The notes below the pieces were generated by a model. The model saw only the letters and a program-made list of their open reading frames with translations, did no database searches and was not told the DNA's origin. A stretch of DNA of 64,000 nt from Krischvirus LF73P4: sequence record OZ035795.1; one strand, 5' to 3'. How positions within the stretch are numbered: the stretch's first letter is position 1; every line of letters starts with the position of its first letter. Below, piece after piece: positions 7,762 to 16,111 of the stretch. Position numbers and translations under genes: made by a program.

Positions 7762-7983
7762 TTAAATGATCTCTGCTTCACCGTTAAGGAAGAAAGACCA
7801 TGTTTTGTTAGGATAACGAAGCGCCCACGATTCAGCAGTTTTAACACCAGCTTCGAACAATTGACGGCTGGTTACTTTAGCCATACCATCTTCGATGGCA
7901 ACGTTTTCAATAATCATCGGGTACTTAGCGCCACGCATGAAACCGAAGCCAGCGGAAGATTTGATAATTTTAACAGTTGCCAT
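7762..7983 (-). CDS. hypothetical protein (start adjusted to ATG 7983)
   Basis: SD1 context before ATG 7981-7983; promoter 8023-8051. Confidence 0.55.
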   Translation of the reverse strand: MATVKIIKSSAGFGFMRGAKYPMIIENVAIEDGMAKVTSRQLFEAGVKTAESWALRYPNKTWSFFLNGEAEII

Positions 7984-8022
7984 TTTTGATTCTCCTAGAA
8001 AGTGTCGTGTTTCGATGGGTGT

Positions 8023-8051
8023 ATTATGCAATAACACCGGATCGCTGTCAA
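8023..8051 (-). promoter_or_regulatory. sigma70-type early promoter (PeSL-like)
   Basis: minus strand TTGACA (8046-8051), 17-nt spacer, CATAAT (8023-8028). Confidence 0.65.
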
Positions 8052-8070
8052 CACTTTCTAAGAAAAATTT

Positions 8071-8355
8071 TTAAACTAATCGAATATAGCCCAGAATTTC
8101 AGCACCTTTAGCCAGTCCTAAAACTTCCCATTCAAGGTCGCCGTAGTCATAATTTGCAACCATCAACTGACCATTTTTCATGCAGCAATCATGAGAGAAA
8201 ATTTGCCCCGCATAAACTACGATAGTAATAAACTTTCCTGATTCTGGCGGTGTGGAAGACAAAGCGACCATATGACCATTCAGCTTAGTAACCAGTGATG
8301 GAACAATAAAATTCGGGCTTACCTTAATACCGTTAAATTCGTTTGTGTCTTTCAT
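8071..8355 (-). CDS. hypothetical protein (94 aa)
   Basis: ORF track; coupled to upstream gene. Confidence 0.5.
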   Translation of the reverse strand: MKDTNEFNGIKVSPNFIVPSLVTKLNGHMVALSSTPPESGKFITIVVYAGQIFSHDCCMKNGQLMVANYDYGDLEWEVLGLAKGAEILGYIRLV

Positions 8356-8702
8356 GCCAGACCTCGCAAAACACTAATAGCATAATCATGCTGGTTATTC
8401 ATAATATCAATTGCATTGTGATAACGAGCTAAACCATCAAGGATAAATTCTTGTTTATCCTGTTTCAGTTTGGTATCACGCGCAGCCATAAGAGCATCAA
8501 GAACAGGTCCAAAGTGATTATCTAATTCATCTTCGGTTGCAATGTTTCCTATTGCCTCGTCGATCCGTGATTCTAATGCTTGCTTTTCGTTGATCACTTG
8601 CTGGGTATATTCCAACACATCAAGAATATCGCGGGTAACGTCGCCATGATAAGGTATTCCCGCATGAAGATGATCAATTAATCGCTGAATATCAATGTTC
8701 AT
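8352..8702 (-). CDS. hypothetical protein (116 aa)
   Basis: ORF track; ATGA overlap with upstream gene. Confidence 0.5.
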   Translation of the reverse strand: MNIDIQRLIDHLHAGIPYHGDVTRDILDVLEYTQQVINEKQALESRIDEAIGNIATEDELDNHFGPVLDALMAARDTKLKQDKQEFILDGLARYHNAIDIMNNQHDYAISVLRGLA

Positions 8703-9037
8703 TTGTAACCCTCCTCTGAAAGCACATCCCAGATCGTTGAGTCAAGGTGCATTAAATTCCACATAATAGAGTCATAACTACCGAAGCCAGAAGTAAAAAT
8801 TACATCACACTGGCGATAGGTCTTATGAAAATCGGTGGCTGTCTCTGCATCAATCGGCATATCGTCACCTGAAAGCACCAGACATTTAAGAATCATAACT
8901 CTGTTAGCCGTTGGCGCTTGCTTAGTCTTTTCAGCATATTTTTCGATGATCCGTTTTGCCTTTTCTTCTTTGATACGTCCAGACCAAATCCGGTTTCGGT
9001 ATTGATTCATAATAATTTCAATCACATCATTTTGCAT
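8699..9037 (-). CDS. hypothetical protein (112 aa)
   Basis: ORF track; SD-like GGAG upstream. Confidence 0.5.
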   Translation of the reverse strand: MQNDVIEIIMNQYRNRIWSGRIKEEKAKRIIEKYAEKTKQAPTANRVMILKCLVLSGDDMPIDAETATDFHKTYRQCDVIFTSGFGSYDSIMWNLMHLDSTIWDVLSEEGYK

Positions 9038-9236
9038 TCTTCACGGTCTCCATAATTGTTTTGTAAGCCAGCTTAAGATGATCACCGAAAAACTTTGCAG
9101 TGTTACCCTTCGGATCGCGAAGCATGGTTTCTACGATCTCATCGGCAGTAACAATTTCTCCTTTCTTTGCTGCATGTTCTACCATATACTTCAAAGTTTC
9201 TTCGGAGGCAAGTGCTGCGGCTACTGGATTAATCAT
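9027..9236 (-). CDS. hypothetical protein (69 aa)
   Basis: ATG 9234-9236 with SD (AAGGAGAACC); promoter 9266-9294. Confidence 0.55.
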   Translation of the reverse strand: MINPVAAALASEETLKYMVEHAAKKGEIVTADEIVETMLRDPKGNTAKFFGDHLKLAYKTIMETVKNAK

Positions 9237-9265
9237 TTTGGTTCTCCTTTGTTGTCGATGTGTGC

Positions 9266-9294
9266 ATTATGCTATACCCTATTCCGGTTGTCAA
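9266..9294 (-). promoter_or_regulatory. sigma70-type early promoter (PeSL-like)
   Basis: minus strand TTGACA (9289-9294), 17-nt spacer, CATAAT (9266-9271). Confidence 0.65.
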
Positions 9295-9306
9295 CACCTA
9301 AAAACG

Positions 9307-9334
9307 AAAAAGCCACCCTTTCGGATGGCTTTTT
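9307..9334 (-). terminator. rho-independent terminator (hairpin flanked by A- and T-runs, potentially bidirectional)
   Basis: AGCCACCC-TTTC-GGATGGCT hairpin with flanking AAAA and TTTT. Confidence 0.6.
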
Positions 9335-9564
9335 GATTATATTTTATTCACGTCCATTTGTATAGTAGTGTTTGAATCGACCTTTGCTAAACTAGTTAAA
9401 CATAGTAACCAATTCACCATCCCTTTCCAATGATAACCCTTCCTCGTCTTAGACGGGTCTTCCGATTCGGCAGTAATTGAACACGCGAAAGTATGAGGAA
9501 GCCAAATGGTTGTGTTAATGCTAGTTTTCTTTTACTTCTGATATGTATCCCACGGTGACTAACA

Positions 9565-9963
9565 TTAAGCCAGTCGAGTGAGTTTATAAATTGTTTTAAA
9601 GCATAGAGCTTTGATATCGTCTAAAACGCTCTGTAACGAGCTATCAACATCATTATAAATCTCACTAGCCATTTGCGTTAACTCTTGCAAATAGGCAATT
9701 TCGCTAATCTCCTTGCGGACGACCAACTTTGGCTGATAACGACCAGTGATCCCAATATTGGTTTCAGTGAAATTATCAACCAATTCTTGCATTTCAAGAT
9801 AGAACTCTTCTAGAGCCTTATGTTTTGCATAAGATCCAGGACCAGTTACCCCAAAATGCGCAGAATGCATATAAGTAACACTCATCAGACATTCACCGAT
9901 AAAGCGGTCAACTTTATTAGCCTTTCCCTCTTCGGACGTCTTTAGAAAATCACTGAATTTCAT
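9565..9963 (-). CDS. hypothetical protein (start adjusted to ATG 9963, 132 aa)
   Basis: SD-like GGAGAATCGAGAAC-ATG; ORF track 9565..10062. Confidence 0.5.
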   Translation of the reverse strand: MKFSDFLKTSEEGKANKVDRFIGECLMSVTYMHSAHFGVTGPGSYAKHKALEEFYLEMQELVDNFTETNIGITGRYQPKLVVRKEISEIAYLQELTQMASEIYNDVDSSLQSVLDDIKALCFKTIYKLTRLA

Positions 9964-10252
9964 GTTCTCGATTCTCCATATTATGCAACAGAACAAATTG
10001 TTGTGCGGCATATCCCCCCATAATAAAACACTGCCTAGAATCCATACATTTACTACGAGCATACATCTTCATAATATGGGCATGAAATTTCTGGCTGGTT
10101 TCAATGGAAGGAGATATTTTGTTTACATATACTATCATTGCGCCGTCGAAATAATCAGTAAAGTCACCAGTTGGATCATATTGATCAGCACTGACACTTC
10201 CGACCGCAGTCAAGCATATTGCCGCTGTTAGAGTTTTACGAATAAATGACAT
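9950..10252 (-). CDS. hypothetical secreted protein (N-terminal signal-peptide-like segment)
   Basis: hydrophobic N-terminus LTAAICLTAVGSVSA; GGGGGAA SD; TATAAATA motif upstream at 10287-10294. Confidence 0.5.
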   Translation of the reverse strand: MSFIRKTLTAAICLTAVGSVSADQYDPTGDFTDYFDGAMIVYVNKISPSIETSQKFHAHIMKMYARSKCMDSRQCFIMGGYAAQQFVLLHNMENREHEIQ

Positions 10253-10320
10253 AAGTCATTCCCCCAGATTGAAAATATTCAGTTATATTTATAATCTGGG
10301 GCTTTATTTATGATTAACTC

Positions 10321-10917
10321 TTATTTGGTAGTACCGTCAATAAAATGTTTACGGCACACAGAAACATATTTATCCTCTGCACCAACTTCGATTTGAGCAC
10401 CATCGCGAATAACATTACCCTCTTTATCTACACGAAGGACCATTGTTGCTTTCTTGCCACAATGACAAATACCCTTCATTTCGACCAGTTTATCAGCAAA
10501 TGCCATTAATGCCGCAGATCCTTCAAATAGATTGCCCTGAAAGTCAGTGCGAAGGCCATAGCACAGTACAGGGATATTAGCATCATCAACAAGCGCACAC
10601 AAGCCTAAAACATGCTCTTTAGTCATAAATTGGGCTTCATCTACAAATACTGCATCTGGACGCCATCGATCCGGTCTACGCTTACCTAACGATTCACGAT
10701 AAACCAAATCGAAAAGATCATCCGATTTAGTGAAGGTGATCGCTGGGGCACTTAGGCCAATTCGGGAAACGACTTCACTTTCTGAATCTCGATTATCAAT
10801 CGCTGGCTTAAGAATTAATACTCGCATATCACGTTCGGTATAGTTATAAGCACTTTGTAACAGAGAAGTTGATTTGCCAGCGTTCATAGATGCATAGTAG
10901 AAATATAATTGCGCCAT
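10321..10917 (-). CDS. tdk: thymidine kinase
   Basis: MAQLYFYYASMNAGKST P-loop, LCYGLRTDF and VSVCRKH segments closely match E. coli Tdk as recalled. Confidence 0.95.
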   Translation of the reverse strand: MAQLYFYYASMNAGKSTSLLQSAYNYTERDMRVLILKPAIDNRDSESEVVSRIGLSAPAITFTKSDDLFDLVYRESLGKRRPDRWRPDAVFVDEAQFMTKEHVLGLCALVDDANIPVLCYGLRTDFQGNLFEGSAALMAFADKLVEMKGICHCGKKATMVLRVDKEGNVIRDGAQIEVGAEDKYVSVCRKHFIDGTTK

Positions 10918-11210
10918 TAATTAATCTCCAAAAATCCAACAAGGCCTAAACCGATATAAGTCCAGATACCAATGAAAAAGATGTTAATGCTCATGGCAAG
11001 GATAAACCCTTTCAGAGTTTTGGGATACCCGACCCAATATTCCCGACCATCTTCTAACCGGATCAACTTATTGCCTTGCGAGTCCATATCAACTACAACA
11101 TGTTTATTTCGAGATTGCAATAGATATTGTTTTACAATCTCTACACCCGCCATAATAACAATAACGAAAATAAAAGTCCACACAACAAGATTAATGATAG
11201 TCTCAAGCAT
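10917..11210 (-). CDS. hypothetical membrane protein (97 aa)
   Basis: two hydrophobic segments; SD GGAGGTGATAGAAA-ATG; stop overlaps tdk start. Confidence 0.55.
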   Translation of the reverse strand: MLETIINLVVWTFIFVIVIMAGVEIVKQYLLQSRNKHVVVDMDSQGNKLIRLEDGREYWVGYPKTLKGFILAMSINIFFIGIWTYIGLGLVGFLEIN

Positions 11211-11418
11211 TTTCTATCACCTCCACCCAATCAGGTGTTTCCTGAAAGACTCCTTCACCTTCATGATGGTCGCAACCTTTATTGCTACAGTACATCCACC
11301 AATCCCACATTCCCCACGGTAAACGCTGCATATCGTCGTTACAGCAAGTGAAGATGATAGGCCAACCACATCTACCACATCGGCAGTTTTCCTTCATGTG
11401 TGCGCTATTAGGCTTCAT
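11203..11418 (-). CDS. hypothetical Cys-rich protein (start adjusted)
   Basis: CRCGRCGW ... CC ... C..H.H cysteine cluster; ORF track 11203..11457. Confidence 0.45.
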   Translation of the reverse strand: MKPNSAHMKENCRCGRCGWPIIFTCCNDDMQRLPWGMWDWWMYCSNKGCDHHEGEGVFQETPDWVEVIENA

Positions 11419-11863
11419 ATTCAACCACCACAATATTGATATCCGGCGTAAAATCATTAATAATTTCTTCTACGCATTCCCACTCAAGACCGCCAATCCC
11501 ACAACCAATTTTAGGAATATAGAACGGCTTAACAGTACCTTCAAATGCGGAGTTAAGTTGTTCGAATCCACGGATGATAGCGGAATATTCAGCATTTGGT
11601 CCTGGACGGAATTGCGTATAAAGATTAATACCCATCCAGTTATAACCATTAACGGTATGATGCCAAACATTAAACTCGCCTAGCTTACTCGCCGTTCCTC
11701 TCGGTGTCTTTTTGTCAGTAGCCAATGCTTGCGGGAACTCTTTCGCGATCTTCGCAGCAATACCAGCACCCATAGTATGAAAACAATTACAACCATGAAT
11801 TAAATGACCGTTTCCTTGTTTAAACAGGGCGATGAGATCGCCCTTTACAGTATCAATAATCAT
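11408..11863 (-). CDS. macro-domain protein (ADP-ribose binding/processing)
   Basis: HGCNCFHTMGAGIAAKI and IGCGIGGL motifs typical of macro domains; SD2 context. Confidence 0.75.
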   Translation of the reverse strand: MIIDTVKGDLIALFKQGNGHLIHGCNCFHTMGAGIAAKIAKEFPQALATDKKTPRGTASKLGEFNVWHHTVNGYNWMGINLYTQFRPGPNAEYSAIIRGFEQLNSAFEGTVKPFYIPKIGCGIGGLEWECVEEIINDFTPDINIVVVEYEA

Positions 11864-11878
11864 AATATAAACCTCTCA

Positions 11879-12238
11879 TTAGTCACGGGAAGACAACCCA
11901 GCCATAAAACGGCTTAACAGTGTGTCGCGATAAGCAAAGCATAATTGCTTATCAGGGGCAGTATCACAAAGGTTGCGTTTTGTTTTAGCAAAGCTGGCAA
12001 TACTCAGATCCCACGCTCGATTTTTTCGTTTTTCATCTCGACCTTGTTTGTATGCTTCATCAAGTTCGAGCGCGATAAAATCACTACACATGTTATCATC
12101 ATCACAGAAAGTTTTAATGATCTTTTTGTTGATCTCAAATCCTTTGTATTCGAACTTTGGATAAGGGCGCTCATTACTAGCAAGCGCACCAGCCGAGAAC
12201 ATCATAGCAATCATAGCAATTATTGTCAACTTTTTCAT
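11879..12238 (-). CDS. hypothetical secreted/periplasmic protein (119 aa)
   Basis: signal-peptide-like N-terminus MKKLTIIAMIAMMFSAGALA; several Cys. Confidence 0.55.
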   Translation of the reverse strand: MKKLTIIAMIAMMFSAGALASNERPYPKFEYKGFEINKKIIKTFCDDDNMCSDFIALELDEAYKQGRDEKRKNRAWDLSIASFAKTKRNLCDTAPDKQLCFAYRDTLLSRFMAGLSSRD

Positions 12239-12245
12239 ATATTCC

Positions 12246-12836
12246 TCAATAGCGTTTAGTCTTAAGAATGCCTTTACTCTTTAGATGGTTAGCCTTTTTT
12301 AGTACATCATCAGCATAACCTAACCCGGCTTTATAGTTCCATCCAGCATTGTAAGAAGCTAGCGCGAGTCGGATATTACCGTTTCGAACATCCAGCCAGT
12401 ATGCTAACTCATCCATCGCGTAGAATGCAGAAACCTCGCGATTCATGATAAAGTTGATAGTCTGGCGATCACTCATTTTAACACCGCGCTTTGCATTTTT
12501 CGCTTTCACCGTTTTAAGGTAATTTTGAAATAATCCATAAGCATGATGATTTTTCTTTGGTGCTAAGTTTGCACCCGCGCTTGATTCTTGCCATGCGATA
12601 CCCGCCAGGATGTGACCTAAACCCTTTCCGTTATAGCGAATATTCGGATGGTCCTTTTTCAACTTACCGCTTTTCTCGAATTGCTCGCCGTATTGATAGG
12701 CGAAATGTAAATTATCTAGTTGGTGTGCTGTAAAGTTGTCTATCGGCGCTTTTTTGATCGGTGCGCTAGTCGATGCGTGTGTAGCACCAACGGCTAGTGA
12801 CAGACTCAATACTATCGCTTTTAGAACTTTTAACAT
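12246..12836 (-). CDS. secreted lytic transglycosylase (SLT-domain protein)
   Basis: signal peptide; AWQESSAG, YGLFQ and ASYNAG motifs of the SLT catalytic domain. Confidence 0.75.
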   Translation of the reverse strand: MLKVLKAIVLSLSLAVGATHASTSAPIKKAPIDNFTAHQLDNLHFAYQYGEQFEKSGKLKKDHPNIRYNGKGLGHILAGIAWQESSAGANLAPKKNHHAYGLFQNYLKTVKAKNAKRGVKMSDRQTINFIMNREVSAFYAMDELAYWLDVRNGNIRLALASYNAGWNYKAGLGYADDVLKKANHLKSKGILKTKRY

Positions 12837-12870
12837 TAATTTCTCCTGTTTGGCTTAACTTTCTGATTCC

Positions 12871-12899
12871 ATAATATAGCCCTATCACCAGAAAGTCAA
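12871..12899 (-). promoter_or_regulatory. sigma70-type promoter
   Basis: minus strand TTGACT (12894-12899), 17-nt spacer, TATTAT (12871-12876). Confidence 0.55.
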
Positions 12900-12922
12900 G
12901 CATTATTTTTAACCAATTTCCA

Positions 12923-13345
12923 TTATTGGTCTACCTTCAAAACAACCGCCGACATTTTACCCGCCAGTCGTTTTGGATTCTCTATAATCATTCGGCAGCA
13001 TAGACCGTGATATGGCTTACCCTCTTCGATTAGATCTACTGTCATCCCGATCCACATGTTACCGTCAGTAATTTCTAATCGATTCGGACGGTCTTCCATT
13101 TTCAGGAAGTCGAAGATCTCCGGCAAACGAGTTTCTATCTTATTGAATAGTTCCATTGTCTTATGTTCATCGATATGACGATCGGTTAGACGGTCGATCA
13201 TATGCGGACTAAAGCGAATGAAAATATACTCACCATAACCATCATTCAAGCACTTTTCTTTGATCTGTGCATTGGTTTTGCGCATTTCGGTTTCGAAGAA
13301 TCTACGCAGCTTACTACGGCGAACATGTACGTTAATTGTTTCCAT
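12923..13345 (-). CDS. hypothetical protein (start adjusted to ATG 13345, 140 aa)
   Basis: SD2-like context AGAAAGGATAATAAA-ATG; ORF track 12923..13417. Confidence 0.5.
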   Translation of the reverse strand: METINVHVRRSKLRRFFETEMRKTNAQIKEKCLNDGYGEYIFIRFSPHMIDRLTDRHIDEHKTMELFNKIETRLPEIFDFLKMEDRPNRLEITDGNMWIGMTVDLIEEGKPYHGLCCRMIIENPKRLAGKMSAVVLKVDQ

Positions 13346-13349
13346 TTTA

Positions 13350-13685
13350 TTATCCTTTCTTAAACAAATTGCGAAGCCAGTATACAAACGGGATTTCTTT
13401 AAACTTGAACTTGTCAATAGTTAATTCTTTAGTAGCAAGATGAATACCATAAGCATCATGTGTAACTATATGCCATTTTCTATAGTCCAAATGTGAACAA
13501 CCGTCTGGATCTAGGTTAATAAGAGTTTCTCGCTCACTAGAATTATTTTTCCACAATTTTGTAATAGGATCGCACATAATTCGACCTAGCGTACCATGAA
13601 TAATCTCACAACGGTAAAGTTTTCCAGCAGTGAGATAGGCGCACCCGTCATAGTCGGTATAAACAAACACTTCTTTAACACTCAT
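13350..13685 (-). CDS. hypothetical protein, CSHL-motif family paralog (start adjusted)
   Basis: SD1 and promoter 13717-13745; motif DPDGCSHLDYRKW shared with two upstream ORFs. Confidence 0.5.
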   Translation of the reverse strand: MSVKEVFVYTDYDGCAYLTAGKLYRCEIIHGTLGRIMCDPITKLWKNNSSERETLINLDPDGCSHLDYRKWHIVTHDAYGIHLATKELTIDKFKFKEIPFVYWLRNLFKKG

Positions 13686-13716
13686 TTTAATACTCCTTTG
13701 TTGTTTCGATGGGGGT

Positions 13717-13745
13717 ATATTACTACCCCCGATCATGGGTGTCAA
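13717..13745 (-). promoter_or_regulatory. sigma70-type early promoter (PeSL-like)
   Basis: minus strand TTGACA (13740-13745), 17-nt spacer, TAATAT (13717-13722); GGGGGTA/TACCCCC palindrome. Confidence 0.65.
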
Positions 13746-13991
13746 CTACTTTTTCAAGATTTTTTTGAGTGCATTCCAAAGACCTTTATTCCCAGGTTGT
13801 TTTGGTTCTTCGATCAGTGTCCATGTTCGACCGTCTAAGTGTGCACAATTTTTAAGACAAATAAAAATCTGGTGTCCCTTATCATCACGGATATAACCAC
13901 TATTCGCAAATCTTTCATGTGGTGTATATTCATACAGTGTATTAGGTGTAATATACTTGCGGTTACTATAAGGTGTCATCACATACATCAT
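13746..13991 (-). CDS. hypothetical protein, CSHL-motif family paralog
   Basis: motif NCAHLDGRTW; ATGA overlap with upstream gene. Confidence 0.5.
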   Translation of the reverse strand: MMYVMTPYSNRKYITPNTLYEYTPHERFANSGYIRDDKGHQIFICLKNCAHLDGRTWTLIEEPKQPGNKGLWNALKKILKK

Positions 13992-14182
13992 GGTACTAAC
14001 TCCCAACGATCACCGCGAAGATGAGAACATCTACCATCAAGAAGTATTGTAATACGATAACCTATATCATCTTTGATGTAACCGATTGTCGGTGGATTTT
14101 CGTCGTCTCGTGCCGGGGTAAAATCATACATCTTTCCGGGCGTAATATCTTGTCCTTTATTGCTATTGGTATAAACTTGCAT
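13988..14182 (-). CDS. hypothetical protein, CSHL-motif family paralog
   Basis: motif GRCSHLRGDRW; SD AGGAGATTAAGAAA-ATG. Confidence 0.5.
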   Translation of the reverse strand: MQVYTNSNKGQDITPGKMYDFTPARDDENPPTIGYIKDDIGYRITILLDGRCSHLRGDRWELVP

Positions 14183-14203
14183 TTTCTTAATCTCCTATAT
14201 TAA

Positions 14204-14902
14204 CTAACCACGGGTATAGTGTTCCAGAACAACTGTCAGATGAATATATTCTAATAGATCTTTCCAAAAGTCAACATCTGGTTCTTCCGGCATACCGTTT
14301 TTCTTTGCCTCTTCACGCGAGAGTTTAACACGCTCGTAGAGATCTTTCAATTCTTCCCGCACATTATCAAAGGTTCTTTCTCCTAACTTACACGCTAAAA
14401 TAGAAGAACGTCGCGCGAGCGGGAATTGTAGATCACCTGTCTGATAGATTTCAAGTAGCTGATAACCAACACGCAGAGCATGAGAAAGATCTTTCCAGTT
14501 ACTGAAATACTTTTCAGATTTGGCTACCTGCTTTTTGAGATAGCCAGACAAACCCCACATACCAACATGATAGAATTTATCTCGATGTGTTCGGATGTAT
14601 TCCCATTCTCTGGAGGATTCAATCAACATGTTACTAGGAGCGTGCACCATGTCAATAGCGCCGATATCGCCTTTACATGCCAGATTGATAAACCGTTTTA
14701 GACTGAACATATTAACATCAATATCGTCTTTGGTGTTCTTGATACCTTGACCGCTAGTGCTTTGGTCATAGTGTTCTTTCATAGATCCTAAGATAATTTC
14801 TTTCGCAGTCGGAACAAAGATACCACGATAATCTTTATCTGAATTTTCAGTATCAAGGCCGTACAAGTGAGATCCGAAGACCATTTTAACCATTGTATGC
14901 AT
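14204..14902 (-). CDS. predicted nucleotidyltransferase (Pol-beta superfamily fold)
   Basis: N-terminal GSHLYGLDTENSDKD matches GS-x3-G-x5-SD-x-D minimal nucleotidyltransferase signature. Confidence 0.6.
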   Translation of the reverse strand: MHTMVKMVFGSHLYGLDTENSDKDYRGIFVPTAKEIILGSMKEHYDQSTSGQGIKNTKDDIDVNMFSLKRFINLACKGDIGAIDMVHAPSNMLIESSREWEYIRTHRDKFYHVGMWGLSGYLKKQVAKSEKYFSNWKDLSHALRVGYQLLEIYQTGDLQFPLARRSSILACKLGERTFDNVREELKDLYERVKLSREEAKKNGMPEEPDVDFWKDLLEYIHLTVVLEHYTRG

Positions 14903-14920
14903 AATTAAACCCTCAGTTGA

Positions 14921-15514
14921 TTAAACGTATTCAGCAACAACATTATGTTTAAAATTACCGCTCCTTTTTGGATTTGGATTTTTCAATCGACTATGTATTA
15001 AATTTTTGTTGTATCCGGTTGCTTTAGACGCTTCGCCAATACTTTGATAAACAACACCATTAACACGAATCGGACGAGACTTATTAAACAGTTTATTCAA
15101 TCCGGCATCATATGCATGGTTTTGGTTTTCTTGCCTCGTTGCGATCTCAAGATTCCAAACACAATTACAAGATTTTACCCCACTTTTATGATTAATTTCA
15201 AGACCTTCACAATCACCTATAAAGTGTTCAGCAACTAGTCTATGAATATAGCTATATTTCTTACTTTCCCCATCATGCAAGCATACATTATAATAACCAT
15301 CACCAGCGCGTTTAGGTCGGAGTAGTTTACCTTTAACACGTTTTATAGTAGGGAACTCACCAAATTGATTTCTCTGGATAAACGGAATCTCGCGGTCTAA
15401 TGAACGGATTCGACCATAGTTAGACACTTGATAAAAACTTTCATATCCTTTAATTGGCTTCCATATCTCAGGGATTTCTACACCATCAATAACAACAAGT
15501 TTAAATTCTTCCAT
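14921..15514 (-). CDS. HNH homing endonuclease
   Basis: NUMOD4-like YQVSNYGRIRS, HNH core HRLVAEHF ... EINHK ... N..NLE; sits directly after grcA terminator without own promoter. Confidence 0.8.
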   Translation of the reverse strand: MEEFKLVVIDGVEIPEIWKPIKGYESFYQVSNYGRIRSLDREIPFIQRNQFGEFPTIKRVKGKLLRPKRAGDGYYNVCLHDGESKKYSYIHRLVAEHFIGDCEGLEINHKSGVKSCNCVWNLEIATRQENQNHAYDAGLNKLFNKSRPIRVNGVVYQSIGEASKATGYNKNLIHSRLKNPNPKRSGNFKHNVVAEYV

Positions 15515-15525
15515 ATTTCACCTCA

Positions 15526-15557
15526 TAAAAATAAAGCCAACCCTTTCGGATTGGCTT
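15526..15557 (-). terminator. rho-independent terminator (minus strand)
   Basis: AAGCCAACCC-TTTC-GGATTGGCTT hairpin followed by T-run on minus strand. Confidence 0.65.
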
Positions 15558-15562
15558 GTCGA

Positions 15563-15976
15563 TTACATAGATTCCGTAAAGGTACGGGTGATAATATCAA
15601 GTTGTTGTTCGCGTGTCAAGGCGTTGAAGCGGGTAGCATAACCACTGATTCGAATTGTAAGCTGCGGGTACTTCTCAGGATGTTCAACCGCATCAAGAAG
15701 AGTCTCCCGACGCAGTACATTCGCGTTGAGATGATGACCCGCGTTACTATTTACCCCGTTATCAATTGCTAAAGGACGGAAGCTAGTTGTGTGCAGTGCC
15801 AGCGAATCGACGTCTTCTGCGGTGATCACATGGTCTTCTGCGAAAGTTTTACTAACAATTACTTTAGCGCCGATCAGTGCTTTCGGTTCGGATACCAGAA
15901 TCATAGGCGCGAAGTGTCCACCAATAATAGTACCTTTATGCTCACCTTTCATGATTTGAATTGCTTTAAATTCCAT
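15563..15976 (-). CDS. grcA: autonomous glycyl radical cofactor (GrcA/YfiD-like)
   Basis: C-terminal [10 protein letters not shown] glycyl-radical motif and [27 protein letters not shown] segment match E. coli GrcA. Confidence 0.9.
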   Translation of the reverse strand: MEFKAIQIMKGEHKGTIIGGHFAPMILVSEPKALIGAKVIVSKTFAEDHVITAEDVDSLALHTTSFRPLAIDNGVNSNAGHHLNANVLRRETLLDAVEHPEKYPQLTIRISGYATRFNALTREQQLDIITRTFTESM

Positions 15977-16111
15977 AATTCACCTCTTATAGATCAGGAC
16001 GTTCGTCATTAATTTTACCAACCAAAACACCATAGAGTTTATCAGGTTGGACTTTACGATTCTTATTGATTGTAGAACGGAATCGACGAGCTACGCTATC
16101 TTTATTTTTCA

